From: Zoogloeaceae bacterium
GTDB taxonomy: Bacteria > Pseudomonadota > Gammaproteobacteria > Burkholderiales > Rhodocyclaceae
Assembly: GCA_031276915.1 (NCBI GenBank)
Contig: JAISME010000022.1
Span: 1-55,307 of the forward strand
DNA: 55,307 nucleotides
Direction of reading: 5' to 3'
Position 1 is the stretch's first letter. Every line of letters begins with the position of its first letter. The notes beneath the pieces are model-generated. The model did not search any database and was not told the origin of the DNA. It worked only from the letters and a program-made list of their open reading frames with translations. This document shows positions 29,089 to 39,222 of this stretch, in pieces. Position numbers and translations under genes: made by a program.

Positions 29089-29793
29089 CTACTCCACCAG
29101 CTTGATGCCGTTCCATTCCGGCATCTCACGCATTAAAAGCCGGGCAATCTCCGCTTCCTCTGCCGTAACTGATATTCTTCCCTCTGAAAACACCACCTTC
29201 TCTTCGTCAGGATCGGTCAGCATCTGAAAGCCCAGCTTGATGATGGCGGCGGCTGTGCCCCAATGCAGCTTCTTCGCATCGGCTTCCAGCATGGCGAACA
29301 TCACGCAGCGCATGGCAGTCGTCACATTGCGCTCATCCACATCCCAGTCATTGCGCGTGCTGAACGGAATTCCGAACATGGAAAGCGTGTTGGCAATGCT
29401 TTTCGCCGTCCGCCGTTTCCGCAGCCGCACGATGTCCGCCTGTTCGCCCTTGATGACGCGGGCCAGCGCATCGGCATCATTGGACAGCTCTTCCAGGGCG
29501 AGCAGGCGGGTTGAGAGTGGGATGGTCTGACTGTAGTTGAAGTCCAGGCTGGCGGCGTCCTTCGCTTCAAGACGACTCAGCGCAGCCCGCAGCCGACGCG
29601 CATCGGACGCAGCCTTTTCAAGCGCCCGGATACGCGATGTATCAGGCGGGGTGTCGGTGATGCGCCAGCCATTCGCCAGCCACCGGAAAAGCAGCTTTTT
29701 GTGGTCATGTGGCAGTTTCCTGATCGACTCACAGCGCAGGATGTCCTTCACCAGTGCGAAGCGGAACTGACGCCGCTCATCAGCCTTTGTCAT
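29089..29793 (-). CDS. Hypothetical protein coupled to the integrase
   Basis: 234 aa ORF overlapping the integrase stop; GGAGG RBS. Confidence 0.7.
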   Translation of the reverse strand: MTKADERRQFRFALVKDILRCESIRKLPHDHKKLLFRWLANGWRITDTPPDTSRIRALEKAASDARRLRAALSRLEAKDAASLDFNYSQTIPLSTRLLALEELSNDADALARVIKGEQADIVRLRKRRTAKSIANTLSMFGIPFSTRNDWDVDERNVTTAMRCVMFAMLEADAKKLHWGTAAAIIKLGFQMLTDPDEEKVVFSEGRISVTAEEAEIARLLMREMPEWNGIKLVE

Positions 29794-30967
29794 TGGCTGC
29801 CTCCCGCTTCCAGAGTTCGAGCTTGTCCGCCCACGCCTGCATCATGTCCCGCCGCTCTTCGAGGTAGGTGGCATGGTTGTAGGTGCGGCGCACCGAGTTG
29901 GGTTCCGCATGGGCAAGCTGCGCCTCAATGGCATCCGGGCGATAACCCATTTCATTCAGCCGGGTGCTGCCCGTGGTTCTGGTGCCATGCGGGCTGTAGG
30001 TGCCGCTCCAGCCCAGCACTTTGAGCGCCTGCCGAATGGAATGCACCGACATCGGCCTGTTCCGGTCATCCCTGCCGGGGAACAGGTGCGTCCGGTCGCC
30101 GCTGATGGCGTGCAGGCGGCGCAGCATCTCTACGGCCTGCGTTGGCAGTGGCATCACATGCTCGCGGCGGGCTTTCATACGCCGGGCTGGGATCGTCCAA
30201 AGCGCCGCATCAAGATCGAATTCAGCCCATTCCGCTTCTGCGGCTTCGCTGGGACGCGCCAGTGTCCACCACATCAACTGGATGCAAAAATTGACCTGAT
30301 AGCCGCAGCGGTGGTTGTCGAAGTCGTTGAGCAGCTTGCCAATCTGTGCGGTGGTCAGCGCCGTCTTGTGTTGCGTCTTGTTGGCGGGCAACGCCTTGCG
30401 GACGGGCCAGACGGGATCGTTGTCTGCCCGCAAGGTGGCAACGGCGAACTCGAATACGGCGGACATGGTGCGTTTGGCTTCGGCGGCGACGGTCGGCGCA
30501 CCGCGTTTCACGGTCTTGGTAAGGATGTCGAGAACGTGCGCCGGGGTGATGTCGCGCACCGGGAGCTTGCCGATGCTGGGAAAGACCACCCGCCCCAGCA
30601 TGTCCAGGCGGCGTTTCTTGGTGATGTCCTCCCAGTCCCGCAGGGCCAGCCATTCCTTGGCGACAGCCTCGAAGGTGTTGGCGGAATCCTGTTCGCGCTT
30701 GAGGCGCTCAAGCTGCCGGTGCTGGACGGGGTTGATGCCCTGCTTGACCAGTTTCCGCGCTTCCTCGCACTTGTCCCGCGCGTCAGCAAGGCTGACGGTG
30801 GGGTAGTCGCCTAGCGCGAACCACGACCCCTTGCCGCCCAGCTTGAAGCGGTAGCGCCAAGCCTTCACCCCGTTGGGCTTCACTTCGAGGTAGAGGCCGC
30901 GAAGGTCATTCAGGCGGTAGAGCTGCTCCTTCGGTTTGGCAGCACGGCAGTGGGCATCTGTAAGCAC
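29780..30967 (-). CDS. P4-like tyrosine integrase
   Basis: Arm-binding N-domain (GLYLEV..NGVKAW); R (ARPSE), HGTR, LAH and TYNH catalytic residues. Confidence 0.95.
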   Translation of the reverse strand: MLTDAHCRAAKPKEQLYRLNDLRGLYLEVKPNGVKAWRYRFKLGGKGSWFALGDYPTVSLADARDKCEEARKLVKQGINPVQHRQLERLKREQDSANTFEAVAKEWLALRDWEDITKKRRLDMLGRVVFPSIGKLPVRDITPAHVLDILTKTVKRGAPTVAAEAKRTMSAVFEFAVATLRADNDPVWPVRKALPANKTQHKTALTTAQIGKLLNDFDNHRCGYQVNFCIQLMWWTLARPSEAAEAEWAEFDLDAALWTIPARRMKARREHVMPLPTQAVEMLRRLHAISGDRTHLFPGRDDRNRPMSVHSIRQALKVLGWSGTYSPHGTRTTGSTRLNEMGYRPDAIEAQLAHAEPNSVRRTYNHATYLEERRDMMQAWADKLELWKREAANDKG

Positions 30968-31188
30968 GGTGTCACGGGATCGGCAATGAGGGACGACAGA
31001 AGGATCATATACACCTTCTGTCGCCCCGTCCAATCTTCGTATACACCAGCGTAGTCACTTTTTCGATGCAAGCTCAGGTCATTTCATGAGATTGCATGAG
31101 CATACAGATCCCTTTGTTCTCGCGGGTTTAGTGAAAATTTCCCGAACAAAAGAAACGCCAAGAAAGCTCTAGAAATGGCTTGTTTGGC

Positions 31189-31206
31189 TCAGACGTTGAA
31201 CAGGAA
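31189..31206. repeat. att site at the ychF 3' end
   Basis: Matches 10045-10062. Confidence 0.9.
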
Positions 31207-32280
31207 ATTCATCACGTCGCCGTCCTGCACAATGTAGTCCTTTCCTTCCGCGCGCATCTTGCCGGCTTCCCTGGCACCTTGCTCGCCCTTGTACGCGATG
31301 AAATCCGCAAAGGAAATGGTTTGCGCCCGGATGAAGCCGCGTTCGAAATCGGTGTGGATGACGCCCGCGGCCTGCGGGGCGGTGTCGCCTTTCCCGATTG
31401 TCCAGGCGCGTACCTCCTTGACGCCGGCGGTGAAGTAGGTTTGCAGGCCAAGAAGATCGTAGCCGGCCCGGATCAGGCGGTTGAGGCCGGGTTCCGAAAG
31501 TCCCAGGTCGATGAGGAATTCGGCCTTGTCCGCGTCGGGGAGATCGGCGAGTTCCTCCTCGATCCTGGCGCAGATGGCGACGACCGGCGCGCCTTCCCCT
31601 GCCGCGAACGCTTCCAGGCGTTCGAGATGCGGATTTTGCGTGAATCCATCCTCCGGCACGTTGCCGACATACATGGCCGGTTTGCCGGTCAGGAGGCACA
31701 GGGGTTTGACAAGCAGCGTTTCTTCCCCGGAAAGCTCCAGCGTCCGGGCGGGCTTGCCCGCGTCCAGGTGGGGGCGCAGTTTTTCCAGGACCGCGATGAG
31801 CTTGCGCGCCTCCTTGTCGCCGGCATTCGCTTTCCTGCCGTCGCGGGCGATTGCCTTGTCCACGCTGGCGAGGTCGGCGAGCGCCAGTTCGGTCACGATG
31901 GTCTCGACATCGGCAACCGGATCGACCCTGCCGGAAACGTGCACGACATTGGGATCGTCGAAACAGCGCACCACGTTGACGATGGCGTCCGTCTCGCGGA
32001 TGTTGGCGAGGAACTGGTTGCCCAGTCCCTCGCCCCTGGAAGCGCCCGCGACTAGGCCGGCGATGTCGACGAATTCCACAATGGCGGGCTGGACTCTTTG
32101 CGGCTTGACGATTCCGGCGAGCGCGGCAAGGCGCGGATCGGGCACCTCCACGATGCCGACATTGGGCGCGATGGTGCAAAAGGGATAATTTGCCGCTTCG
32201 ACGCCCGCGCGGGTCAGCGCGTTGAAAAGCGTGGATTTACCCACATTGGGCAATCCAACGATGCCACACTTCAGACTCAT
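31189..32280 (-). CDS. ychF: Ribosome-binding ATPase YchF
   Basis: [38 protein letters not shown]. Confidence 0.97.
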   Translation of the reverse strand: MSLKCGIVGLPNVGKSTLFNALTRAGVEAANYPFCTIAPNVGIVEVPDPRLAALAGIVKPQRVQPAIVEFVDIAGLVAGASRGEGLGNQFLANIRETDAIVNVVRCFDDPNVVHVSGRVDPVADVETIVTELALADLASVDKAIARDGRKANAGDKEARKLIAVLEKLRPHLDAGKPARTLELSGEETLLVKPLCLLTGKPAMYVGNVPEDGFTQNPHLERLEAFAAGEGAPVVAICARIEEELADLPDADKAEFLIDLGLSEPGLNRLIRAGYDLLGLQTYFTAGVKEVRAWTIGKGDTAPQAAGVIHTDFERGFIRAQTISFADFIAYKGEQGAREAGKMRAEGKDYIVQDGDVMNFLFNV

Positions 32281-32404
32281 GCGAAACTCCTCATGTCCGG
32301 CAGGGGACGGATGTTTTCACGAAACACAAACAGGAAACCACGCAAGCGTGGAAGGGCCGCGGACTGGCGCGGGGGCTTGCCGACCGGGGGAAAACCATCT
32401 GGCC

Positions 32405-33025
32405 TCAATGGCCCCCCTTCGTGGCAAGGGATGTGAAAAAGTTGTCTTCCGCGGGGCAGGGCAGTCGTCCGCAGGATCCGCAGGAAAGGTAGAGACGCCC
32501 TCCTGCGCCATCCGGGGCTTGCTCCGCGAGTTCCACCCAGTAGGGCGGCTCCCGCCAGGCTTCCAGGCCACCGGTCCGGGTTTTGCGCACGGGGGCCTCC
32601 TCGCCCATGACGCGCTTCATTTTCAGCCTTGCCGCCCGGAGCAGTTGCGTCCAGGCGACGTTTTCATGGAACGCCGCAATGGCGACGAAGACCGTCGCCT
32701 CCTTTTCCCGCATCCGGTAGAAATAGACTTTGTGCACAGGCAGGCCGAAAACGCGGAAGGTCCCGGGCGCGACCGCCGTGCCGATCCACAACGCGTCGTC
32801 CTGTCGCCGTGGAGAGACCGGCGGCGCGCTCGCGGCGACGGGCGCGCGCCGGGTCGTCCGCAGGAGACGCAGGGCCGGGGTGTTTTCCGGCAATGGCAAC
32901 CTGCATTCCAGCGCGGCCTGGAAGGTCTGGACATCCGCCCTGTTCCAGACAGGCGCGGGATCGGCCAGGGCGGTGGCGGCAAGGACCGGGATCGCCCACG
33001 GCGACAGGCGGATGGCGCGCGTCAT
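32405..33025 (-). CDS. Hypothetical exported protein
   Basis: Signal peptide; ATGA coupling to ptsI. Confidence 0.6.
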   Translation of the reverse strand: MTRAIRLSPWAIPVLAATALADPAPVWNRADVQTFQAALECRLPLPENTPALRLLRTTRRAPVAASAPPVSPRRQDDALWIGTAVAPGTFRVFGLPVHKVYFYRMREKEATVFVAIAAFHENVAWTQLLRAARLKMKRVMGEEAPVRKTRTGGLEAWREPPYWVELAEQAPDGAGGRLYLSCGSCGRLPCPAEDNFFTSLATKGGH

Positions 33026-34767
33026 GATTCCTTCTCCATCGTATTGAGTTTCTCCACCGCCTCGACCACCTTGGGCGTTTCATCAAGGCGCAGGATACGG
33101 CGGACAAGCGGCGCCAGTTCCTGGGTGTCGGCTTGCAGCACCCGGTTCTTGACGCCCGGGATTTGCGACGGATGCATGGAAAAGATGCGCAGGCCCAGAC
33201 CCAGGAACAGGCGGGTAAACTTGGGTGATCCCGCCATTTCGCCGCACACGGAAATCGGCGTGCCGGACTTGACGGCGCTGGTGATGGCGTGCGCGACCAG
33301 CATCAGCACCGCCGGGTGCAGGGGGTCGTAGAGGCTTGCGACCTGTTCGTCGGAGCGATCGATGGCAAGCGTGTACTGGATCAGGTCGTTGGTGCCCAGG
33401 GAAAGAAAATCAAGGCGTTTCAGGAACATGTTGATGGCCAGCGCCGCGCAGGGCACCTCGATCATGCCGCCGACCTCGATGGCCTCGTCGAAGGCGATCC
33501 TGTCGTTCCTGAGACCGGTTTTCGCCTCCTCCACCGCCGCCAGCATCGCGTCGATCTGCTGGGCGTGCGAGAGCATGGGAACCAGGAGTTTCACCTTGCC
33601 GAAGCGTGACGCGCGCAGGATGGCGCGCAGTTGTGTCTGGAACATGCGCGGCTCCGCGAGCGAGAGCCGGATGGCGCGCCGCCCCAGCGCCGGATTGGTG
33701 GGCGTGCGCTGCGTATCCAGGGATTTGTCGCCCCCCAGGTCGAAGGTGCGAATGGTCACCGGGCGGCCTTCCATGGTCTTCACGACTTTCCGGTACGCCT
33801 CGAACTGCTCGTCCTCCGAGGGCATGTCGCCCCGCCCGAGGAAGAGGAATTCGGTACGGAACAGCCCGATGCCTTCCGCGCCCGCCTCCAGCGCTCCCTT
33901 GGCGTCGCCGGGCAGTTCGATGTTGGCGAGCAGGCTGATCCCGACGCCATCCAGTGTCTCCGCGGGCGTGCTCCGCAGGCGTTTCAGCTTGGCGCGCTCA
34001 AGCTCGTGCTGCTCCTTGCGGATTTGATATTCGTCGAGCACCCGCTCGTCCGGATCGACGATCAGGACGCCGCGCATGCCGTCGACAATCAGCCATTCGC
34101 CGTCGCGCACCAGGGCGCGCGCTTGGTCTACGCCGACGATGGCGGGAATCGCCATGCTGCGCGCCAGGATGGCGGTGTGCGAGGTCGCGCCGCCCACATC
34201 GGTGACGAACGCGGCGAAATTGTGCGCCTTGAAGGCGATGGTGTCGGCTGGCGAGAGGTCGTGCGCGACGACGACCAGATCCTCCTCGTTTACGCTTTTC
34301 CCCTGGCGCGGCAAGCCCCGCGCGGGATGGCCCATCAGTTCCTTGACCACCCGTTCCACCACCTGCACCACATCGTACTTGCGCTCGCGCAGGTAGGGGT
34401 CCTCGAATTGCTCGAATCGTTCGACAAGGTGCTCCATCTGCCGCACCAGCGCCCACTCGGCGTTGCAGCGCTTTTCGCGGATGATGGCCTTGGGCGCTTC
34501 CGTGAGTTCCGGATCGGAAAGAAACATCACATGCAGGTCGATGAAAACGAACAATTCGGAAGGCGCGCTGCCACCGGCGCCCTCCTTGAGACGCGCCAGT
34601 TCGTCACGCACGGCATTGAAGGCGGCATCCAGGCGCGTGATCTCCTTTTCCGCCTGCCTGGGCGTCACGGTGAGGTGCGCCACTTCGCGGATGGCGTGCG
34701 ACATGAGGCGCGCCCGCCCGATGGCGATGCCTTCGGAAACCCCCAGGCCGTGCAGCGCGAAGCTCAC
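33022..34767 (-). CDS. ptsI: PEP-protein phosphotransferase (Enzyme I)
   Basis: GGATSHTAILAR, GLFRTEF, GTNDLIQY, VCGEMAG. Confidence 0.95.
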   Translation of the reverse strand: MSFALHGLGVSEGIAIGRARLMSHAIREVAHLTVTPRQAEKEITRLDAAFNAVRDELARLKEGAGGSAPSELFVFIDLHVMFLSDPELTEAPKAIIREKRCNAEWALVRQMEHLVERFEQFEDPYLRERKYDVVQVVERVVKELMGHPARGLPRQGKSVNEEDLVVVAHDLSPADTIAFKAHNFAAFVTDVGGATSHTAILARSMAIPAIVGVDQARALVRDGEWLIVDGMRGVLIVDPDERVLDEYQIRKEQHELERAKLKRLRSTPAETLDGVGISLLANIELPGDAKGALEAGAEGIGLFRTEFLFLGRGDMPSEDEQFEAYRKVVKTMEGRPVTIRTFDLGGDKSLDTQRTPTNPALGRRAIRLSLAEPRMFQTQLRAILRASRFGKVKLLVPMLSHAQQIDAMLAAVEEAKTGLRNDRIAFDEAIEVGGMIEVPCAALAINMFLKRLDFLSLGTNDLIQYTLAIDRSDEQVASLYDPLHPAVLMLVAHAITSAVKSGTPISVCGEMAGSPKFTRLFLGLGLRIFSMHPSQIPGVKNRVLQADTQELAPLVRRILRLDETPKVVEAVEKLNTMEKES

Positions 34768-35033
34768 TCGTCTTCCCCAAAGCGGCTGGCGATCAGGTCC
34801 AGCAAGGCCCGCATGGCTTCCGCCTCGTCGCGGCCATCGGTCTCCAGCGTCAGCGTGCAGCCCCTGGCGGCGGCCAGCATCATGACACCCATGATGCTCT
34901 TGGCGTTGATGCGCTGCTCGCCCCGCTCCAGCCAGACATCGCTCTGGAAACGCCCCGCCATCTGCGTGAGCCTGGCGGAAGCGCGGGCGTGCAATCCCAG
35001 TTTGTTGACGATCCGGGTCTCTTCGCGTCGCAT
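34764..35033 (-). CDS. ptsH: HPr-family phosphocarrier
   Basis: GLHARAS, NAKSIMGVM. Confidence 0.93.
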   Translation of the reverse strand: MRREETRIVNKLGLHARASARLTQMAGRFQSDVWLERGEQRINAKSIMGVMMLAAARGCTLTLETDGRDEAEAMRALLDLIASRFGEDE

Positions 35034-35425
35034 CAGATTTCTTTCAGCATGTTGAGGACACCATCGCGCGCGCCGCTGATCGCCTTGCCGACCAGGGTCG
35101 GCATGTCCTTTCCACGGTAGGTCAGCGCGCGCAGCAGCATGGAGAGATTCACGCCGGTAACGCCCTCCACCTTTCCCGGCTCCAGGAGCTTCAGGGCGAC
35201 GTTGGCGGGTGTCGCGCCATAGAGATCGGTCATGACCAGCACGCCGTCGCCGGTATCGACGGCGGCCAGGAGCCGCCGGGCGGTCGGCAGGATGTCCAGG
35301 GGATCATCCTGCGCAGCCACCCCCAGTTGCGCGATTTGCGGCGGACGGTGATTCAGGACGTGGCAGGCGTTTTGCAGCAGGGATTCGCCCAGTGTGCCGT
35401 GGGTCACAAGCAGGATGCCGATCAT
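35033..35425 (-). CDS. PTS EIIA, mannose/fructose type
   Basis: LLVTHG, TDLYGATPAN, GVNLSML. Confidence 0.9.
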   Translation of the reverse strand: MIGILLVTHGTLGESLLQNACHVLNHRPPQIAQLGVAAQDDPLDILPTARRLLAAVDTGDGVLVMTDLYGATPANVALKLLEPGKVEGVTGVNLSMLLRALTYRGKDMPTLVGKAISGARDGVLNMLKEI

Positions 35426-35613
35426 GATCTCGACCGTTCAAAAGGCGCTATTGTACAAGGGGCTTGCGGATGGTCATACTTCCCCTCGCTTGCCCGTTCC
35501 CCGCATCGCGGACACGGGATATTCGCAAGCGCGCGGGCAAATGTCCCGGTTTTCATCGGTGGTATATTCATCCCTCTTTTCCCGCGCTGTACGCGCCACG
35601 AAGGAGAAACACC

Positions 35614-36204
35614 ATGACAAGGCCCCTTGCAAATATGCTCTTCTGCGCGGCGCTCCTCCTTTCCGGCGGGGCCTGGGCAGAGATTTTCCTTTGTGTTGAT
35701 CCCGGTGGCGCCAGGACCTACCAGAGTGTCCCCTGCAAACGGGGGGAAAGGGAAACCCGCGTCGCTTCGCGCTTCTCGGACAGGGAAATCTGGAATTGGC
35801 TTGAACGGTGTCGCTTCAAGCTGGGGAAACAGGGGACAAGGGAAATCTGCCTGAAAGCCCTGGACTCCCCGACCGGGGAGGATCAACACCAGCAGGCACT
35901 GGAAAGGACACAATGCGACGAGGCGGCGCCGCGGGAGAGGAAACTGGTCGGGGACACACGGCTTCCGGGGAAAAGGGCGATGCAGCCGCGCGCGGAAATG
36001 GGGGAGAAGCTGGAGCGGTGCCGGGAAAAGGAAGCGGAAGCCGAACTCAGGAAGGACCTGCGCGTGGTCGAGCAAAGAAAGGCAATGGGGAAGGCCCGCC
36101 ATGGGTTTGATCGGGTGGAGATCGGGAATCCGAAACAGGAGGACCTGTCGGAAGTACGCGCCGGGCGCAGCGCGCGTCCCGTGGACATTGCTCCCGATTT
36201 GTAG
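35614..36204 (+). CDS. Exported protein with DUF4124-like N-terminus
   Basis: Signal peptide followed by EIFLCVDPGGARTYQSVPC; AAGGAG RBS. Confidence 0.65.
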   Translation: MTRPLANMLFCAALLLSGGAWAEIFLCVDPGGARTYQSVPCKRGERETRVASRFSDREIWNWLERCRFKLGKQGTREICLKALDSPTGEDQHQQALERTQCDEAAPRERKLVGDTRLPGKRAMQPRAEMGEKLERCREKEAEAELRKDLRVVEQRKAMGKARHGFDRVEIGNPKQEDLSEVRAGRSARPVDIAPDL

Positions 36205-36240
36205 AAGATTGTTCCCCGGAAATCGCTTCAGGATGAATAG

Positions 36241-37593
36241 ATGACGAGAAAATATTTCGGCACCGATGGCGTGCGCGGCAGGGTGGGGGAGTTTCCCATC
36301 ACGCCGGATTTCGCGCTCAGGCTGGGTTACGCGGCGGGGAAAACGCTGACGGCGCGGGCCGGTCTGCCGCCGGGCGAGCGCTCCGCCGTGCTGATTGGCA
36401 AGGACACCCGGATTTCCGGCTACCTGCTGGAAGCGGCCATGGAGGCCGGGTTTTCGGCGGCGGGCGTGGACGTTTTCCTGGTCGGCCCCATGCCGACGCC
36501 CGGTGTCGCCTATCTTGCCCGCGCGCTGCGCTTGCAGGCGGGCGTGGTGATTTCCGCCTCGCACAACCCGTATGACGACAACGGCATCAAGTTTTTTTCC
36601 GCGGACGGTACGAAACTTCCCGACGCGGTGGAGGCGGACATCGAAACGCAACTGGAGGGCGCGATGGATTGCGCGCCTTCCGCGCGCCTGGGCCGTGTCC
36701 GGCGCATCGACGACGCGCCGGGACGCTACATCGAATTCTGCAAGAGCACCTTTCCCGGCGCGCTCAACCTGCGCGGACTGAAGCTCGTGGTCGATTGCGC
36801 GCATGGCGCGGCCTACCATATCGCGCCCAGCGTCTTCCACGAACTGGGCGCGGAAGTGCGCGCGATCGGCGTGGAGCCGAATGGCCTCAACATCAACGCC
36901 GGTTTCGGAGCGACCGCGCCGGAAGCCCTGCGGAAGGCTGTGCTGGAACATGGCGCCGATCTTGGCGTCGCGCTCGATGGCGACGGCGATCGCCTGCTGA
37001 TGGTGGGGCGCGACGGCAGCAAATACGATGGCGACCAGTTGCTGCATGTCATTGTCTCGGCGCGGTTGCGGCAGGGCGAGACCATCGGGGGCGTGGCCGG
37101 TACCCTGATGAGCAACCTGGCCCTGGAACGCGCGCTGCAAGAACGCGGTATTCCCTTCGAGCGGACGCGGGTGGGGGATCGCTACGTGCTGGAAAAACTG
37201 ACGGAACGCGGCTGGAAGCTGGGTGGGGAAAATTCCGGTCATCTGCTGTGTCTCGACAGGCACAGCACCGGTGATGGCATCATCGCCGCCTTGCAGGTCC
37301 TGGCGGCGATCCGGCAACAGGAAGCGCCGCCCGAAGCCCTGCTTGGCGCCCTGCGGCTCTATCCGCAGGAATTAATCAACGTATCCCTGGCCCGGGGAAT
37401 GGACTGGGAGAACAATACCGCCATCGCCGCCGCGCGTGCCCGGGTGGAAGAGGCGCTCCACGGCCAGGGCAGGGTGCTGCTGCGCGCTTCCGGCACCGAA
37501 CCCCGCCTGCGGATCATGGTCGAGGGAGAAGACGCCGCCCTGGTGCGGCAACAGGCCGAATGGCTGGCCGCCGCCGTGCGCGCCGCGTTGTAG
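36241..37593 (+). CDS. glmM: Phosphoglucosamine mutase
   Basis: [34 protein letters not shown]. Confidence 0.97.
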   Translation: MTRKYFGTDGVRGRVGEFPITPDFALRLGYAAGKTLTARAGLPPGERSAVLIGKDTRISGYLLEAAMEAGFSAAGVDVFLVGPMPTPGVAYLARALRLQAGVVISASHNPYDDNGIKFFSADGTKLPDAVEADIETQLEGAMDCAPSARLGRVRRIDDAPGRYIEFCKSTFPGALNLRGLKLVVDCAHGAAYHIAPSVFHELGAEVRAIGVEPNGLNINAGFGATAPEALRKAVLEHGADLGVALDGDGDRLLMVGRDGSKYDGDQLLHVIVSARLRQGETIGGVAGTLMSNLALERALQERGIPFERTRVGDRYVLEKLTERGWKLGGENSGHLLCLDRHSTGDGIIAALQVLAAIRQQEAPPEALLGALRLYPQELINVSLARGMDWENNTAIAAARARVEEALHGQGRVLLRASGTEPRLRIMVEGEDAALVRQQAEWLAAAVRAAL

Positions 37594-37602
37594 ACGCCGC
37601 CG

Positions 37603-39222
37603 TCACAGGAACATCCGCGCTTCTTCCAGGCTCGTCAATCCCCGCAGGATTTTTTCGCGCGCATCCTCGGCGAGCCGCCAGTAATCCCTTGCCATGGCCG
37701 CGAGTTCGTGTTCGCTGGCGCCGGCGGAAATCGCCGTGGCGAGTTCCGCGTCGATCCACAGCGCTTCGTAAAGTCCGATGCGGCCCCGATAGCCGGACCC
37801 CAGGCAGCGCGGGCAGCCGACAGGGTCCCACAGGGTCAGGGGGGTTTCCTTGCGGGTTTCCCTGTCGCCGTTTTCCTCTCCGAACAGCAACAGGCGCTCT
37901 TCCCGCGTGCCCGGGCGTTCCCGCCTGCAATGCGAACAGAGCATGCGCACAAGCCGTTGCGCGAGAATGCCGCGCAGGGTGGCGCCGAGCATGAAACGTT
38001 CGCAGCCGATGTCGGTCAGCCGCGTCACCGCGCCGGGGGCGCTGTTGGTGTGCAGGGTGGAGAGCACCATGTGGCCGGTGGTCGCGGCTTTCAGGGCCGC
38101 GTCGGCGGTATCGAGGTCGCGGATTTCCCCCACCAGGATCACATCCGGGTCGTGCCGCAGGAAGGAGCGCAGGGCGTCCGCGAACCCCACCCGGGCGTTG
38201 ACCTGCACCTGCGAGACGCCGGGGATGACCTGCTCGATCGGGTCTTCCGCGGTGAGGATGTTGAGACTGTCCGCGTCCAGTTCCCGGAGCGCGCAGTAAA
38301 GTGTCGTGCTCTTGCCGCTGCCGGTCGGACCAGTCACCAGTACGATGCCGTGCGGATGCCGCAACGCCTCGCGCAGGCGGGCGGACATGGCGGACGACAG
38401 ACCGAGCACATCGAGTTTCTGGCGGTTGGGATCGCTCTTCATCACCCGCAGGGTCAGGCGCTCGCCAAATTTCACGGGCGCCGAGGCAACCCGCATCTCG
38501 ATGGCGTCCCCATCCTCGACCGGGTAGATGAGGCCGCCGTCCTGCGGCGCGCGCGTTTCGGCAATATCCATGCCGGAGAGCACCTTCACCCTTGAAATCA
38601 GGGTTTCGCCCAATTCCCTGGTGAGCGGCGCGCCGAGAATTTCGAGGCGTCCGTCCACCCGCAGGCGTACCCGCGCGCCTTCCTTGATCGCTTCGATGTG
38701 GATGTCGGAGGCGCGGCGCAGGAAGGCTTCGCGCACGATGCGCTCGAAGAACTTCACGGGATCATCGATCTCCGTCCCGCCGACCGCTTCCTTGCCGCGC
38801 AGGCGCAGAAGCAGTGTGGAAAGCCCTTCCGGCTCGGCAAGCGCCAGCGGCAGCGCGCCCGTCACGCGGCGCGCCGTTTCGATACCGAGCACGTCGTCGG
38901 GATTCGCCACCACAAGATGCGCCGTCCCGGCCGGATCGCGCAGCACCGCCATCGGATGGCGCTTCAGGAGCGTGATCGGCAGCTTGGCGAACAGGATGTC
39001 GTCGACCGGCCAGCGCGCCGGATGCGCGTAAGGCATCCCCCGCAGTTCAGCCAGCGCGAGGTAGAAGGCGGTCTGCGGCAGTGAATACGCGCTGGCGAGC
39101 GTTTCCATGAGGCTCACCCGCCGCGCGCGCGCCACGGGGCGCAGCCGCGCCAATTGATCGTTATCGAAAAGACCGGCCTGGAGGCCAGCCTGGATCAGCG
39201 TGGATTCGTTGAGCGCGCTCAT
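37603..39222 (-). CDS. GspE/PilB-family assembly ATPase
   Basis: ASDIHIE, GPTGSGKSTT, EDPIE, LRHDPD, tetra-Cys motif. Confidence 0.92.
   Translation of the reverse strand: MSALNESTLIQAGLQAGLFDNDQLARLRPVARARRVSLMETLASAYSLPQTAFYLALAELRGMPYAHPARWPVDDILFAKLPITLLKRHPMAVLRDPAGTAHLVVANPDDVLGIETARRVTGALPLALAEPEGLSTLLLRLRGKEAVGGTEIDDPVKFFERIVREAFLRRASDIHIEAIKEGARVRLRVDGRLEILGAPLTRELGETLISRVKVLSGMDIAETRAPQDGGLIYPVEDGDAIEMRVASAPVKFGERLTLRVMKSDPNRQKLDVLGLSSAMSARLREALRHPHGIVLVTGPTGSGKSTTLYCALRELDADSLNILTAEDPIEQVIPGVSQVQVNARVGFADALRSFLRHDPDVILVGEIRDLDTADAALKAATTGHMVLSTLHTNSAPGAVTRLTDIGCERFMLGATLRGILAQRLVRMLCSHCRRERPGTREERLLLFGEENGDRETRKETPLTLWDPVGCPRCLGSGYRGRIGLYEALWIDAELATAISAGASEHELAAMARDYWRLAEDAREKILRGLTSLEEARMFL

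Larger units (their letters stand above)
10045..31206. mobile_element. ~21 kb integrative mobilizable element inserted at the 3' end of ychF
   Basis: Flanking att repeats; integrase at one end and AlpA at the other; Rep with iterons, relaxase and defence cargo; visibly lower GC than the host genes. Confidence 0.9.

Noticed and set aside
29780..30967. Prophage or P4 satellite inferred from the integrase and AlpA
   Set aside because: No capsid, terminase, primase or Psu/Sid-like genes were recognised; the content is plasmid-like.
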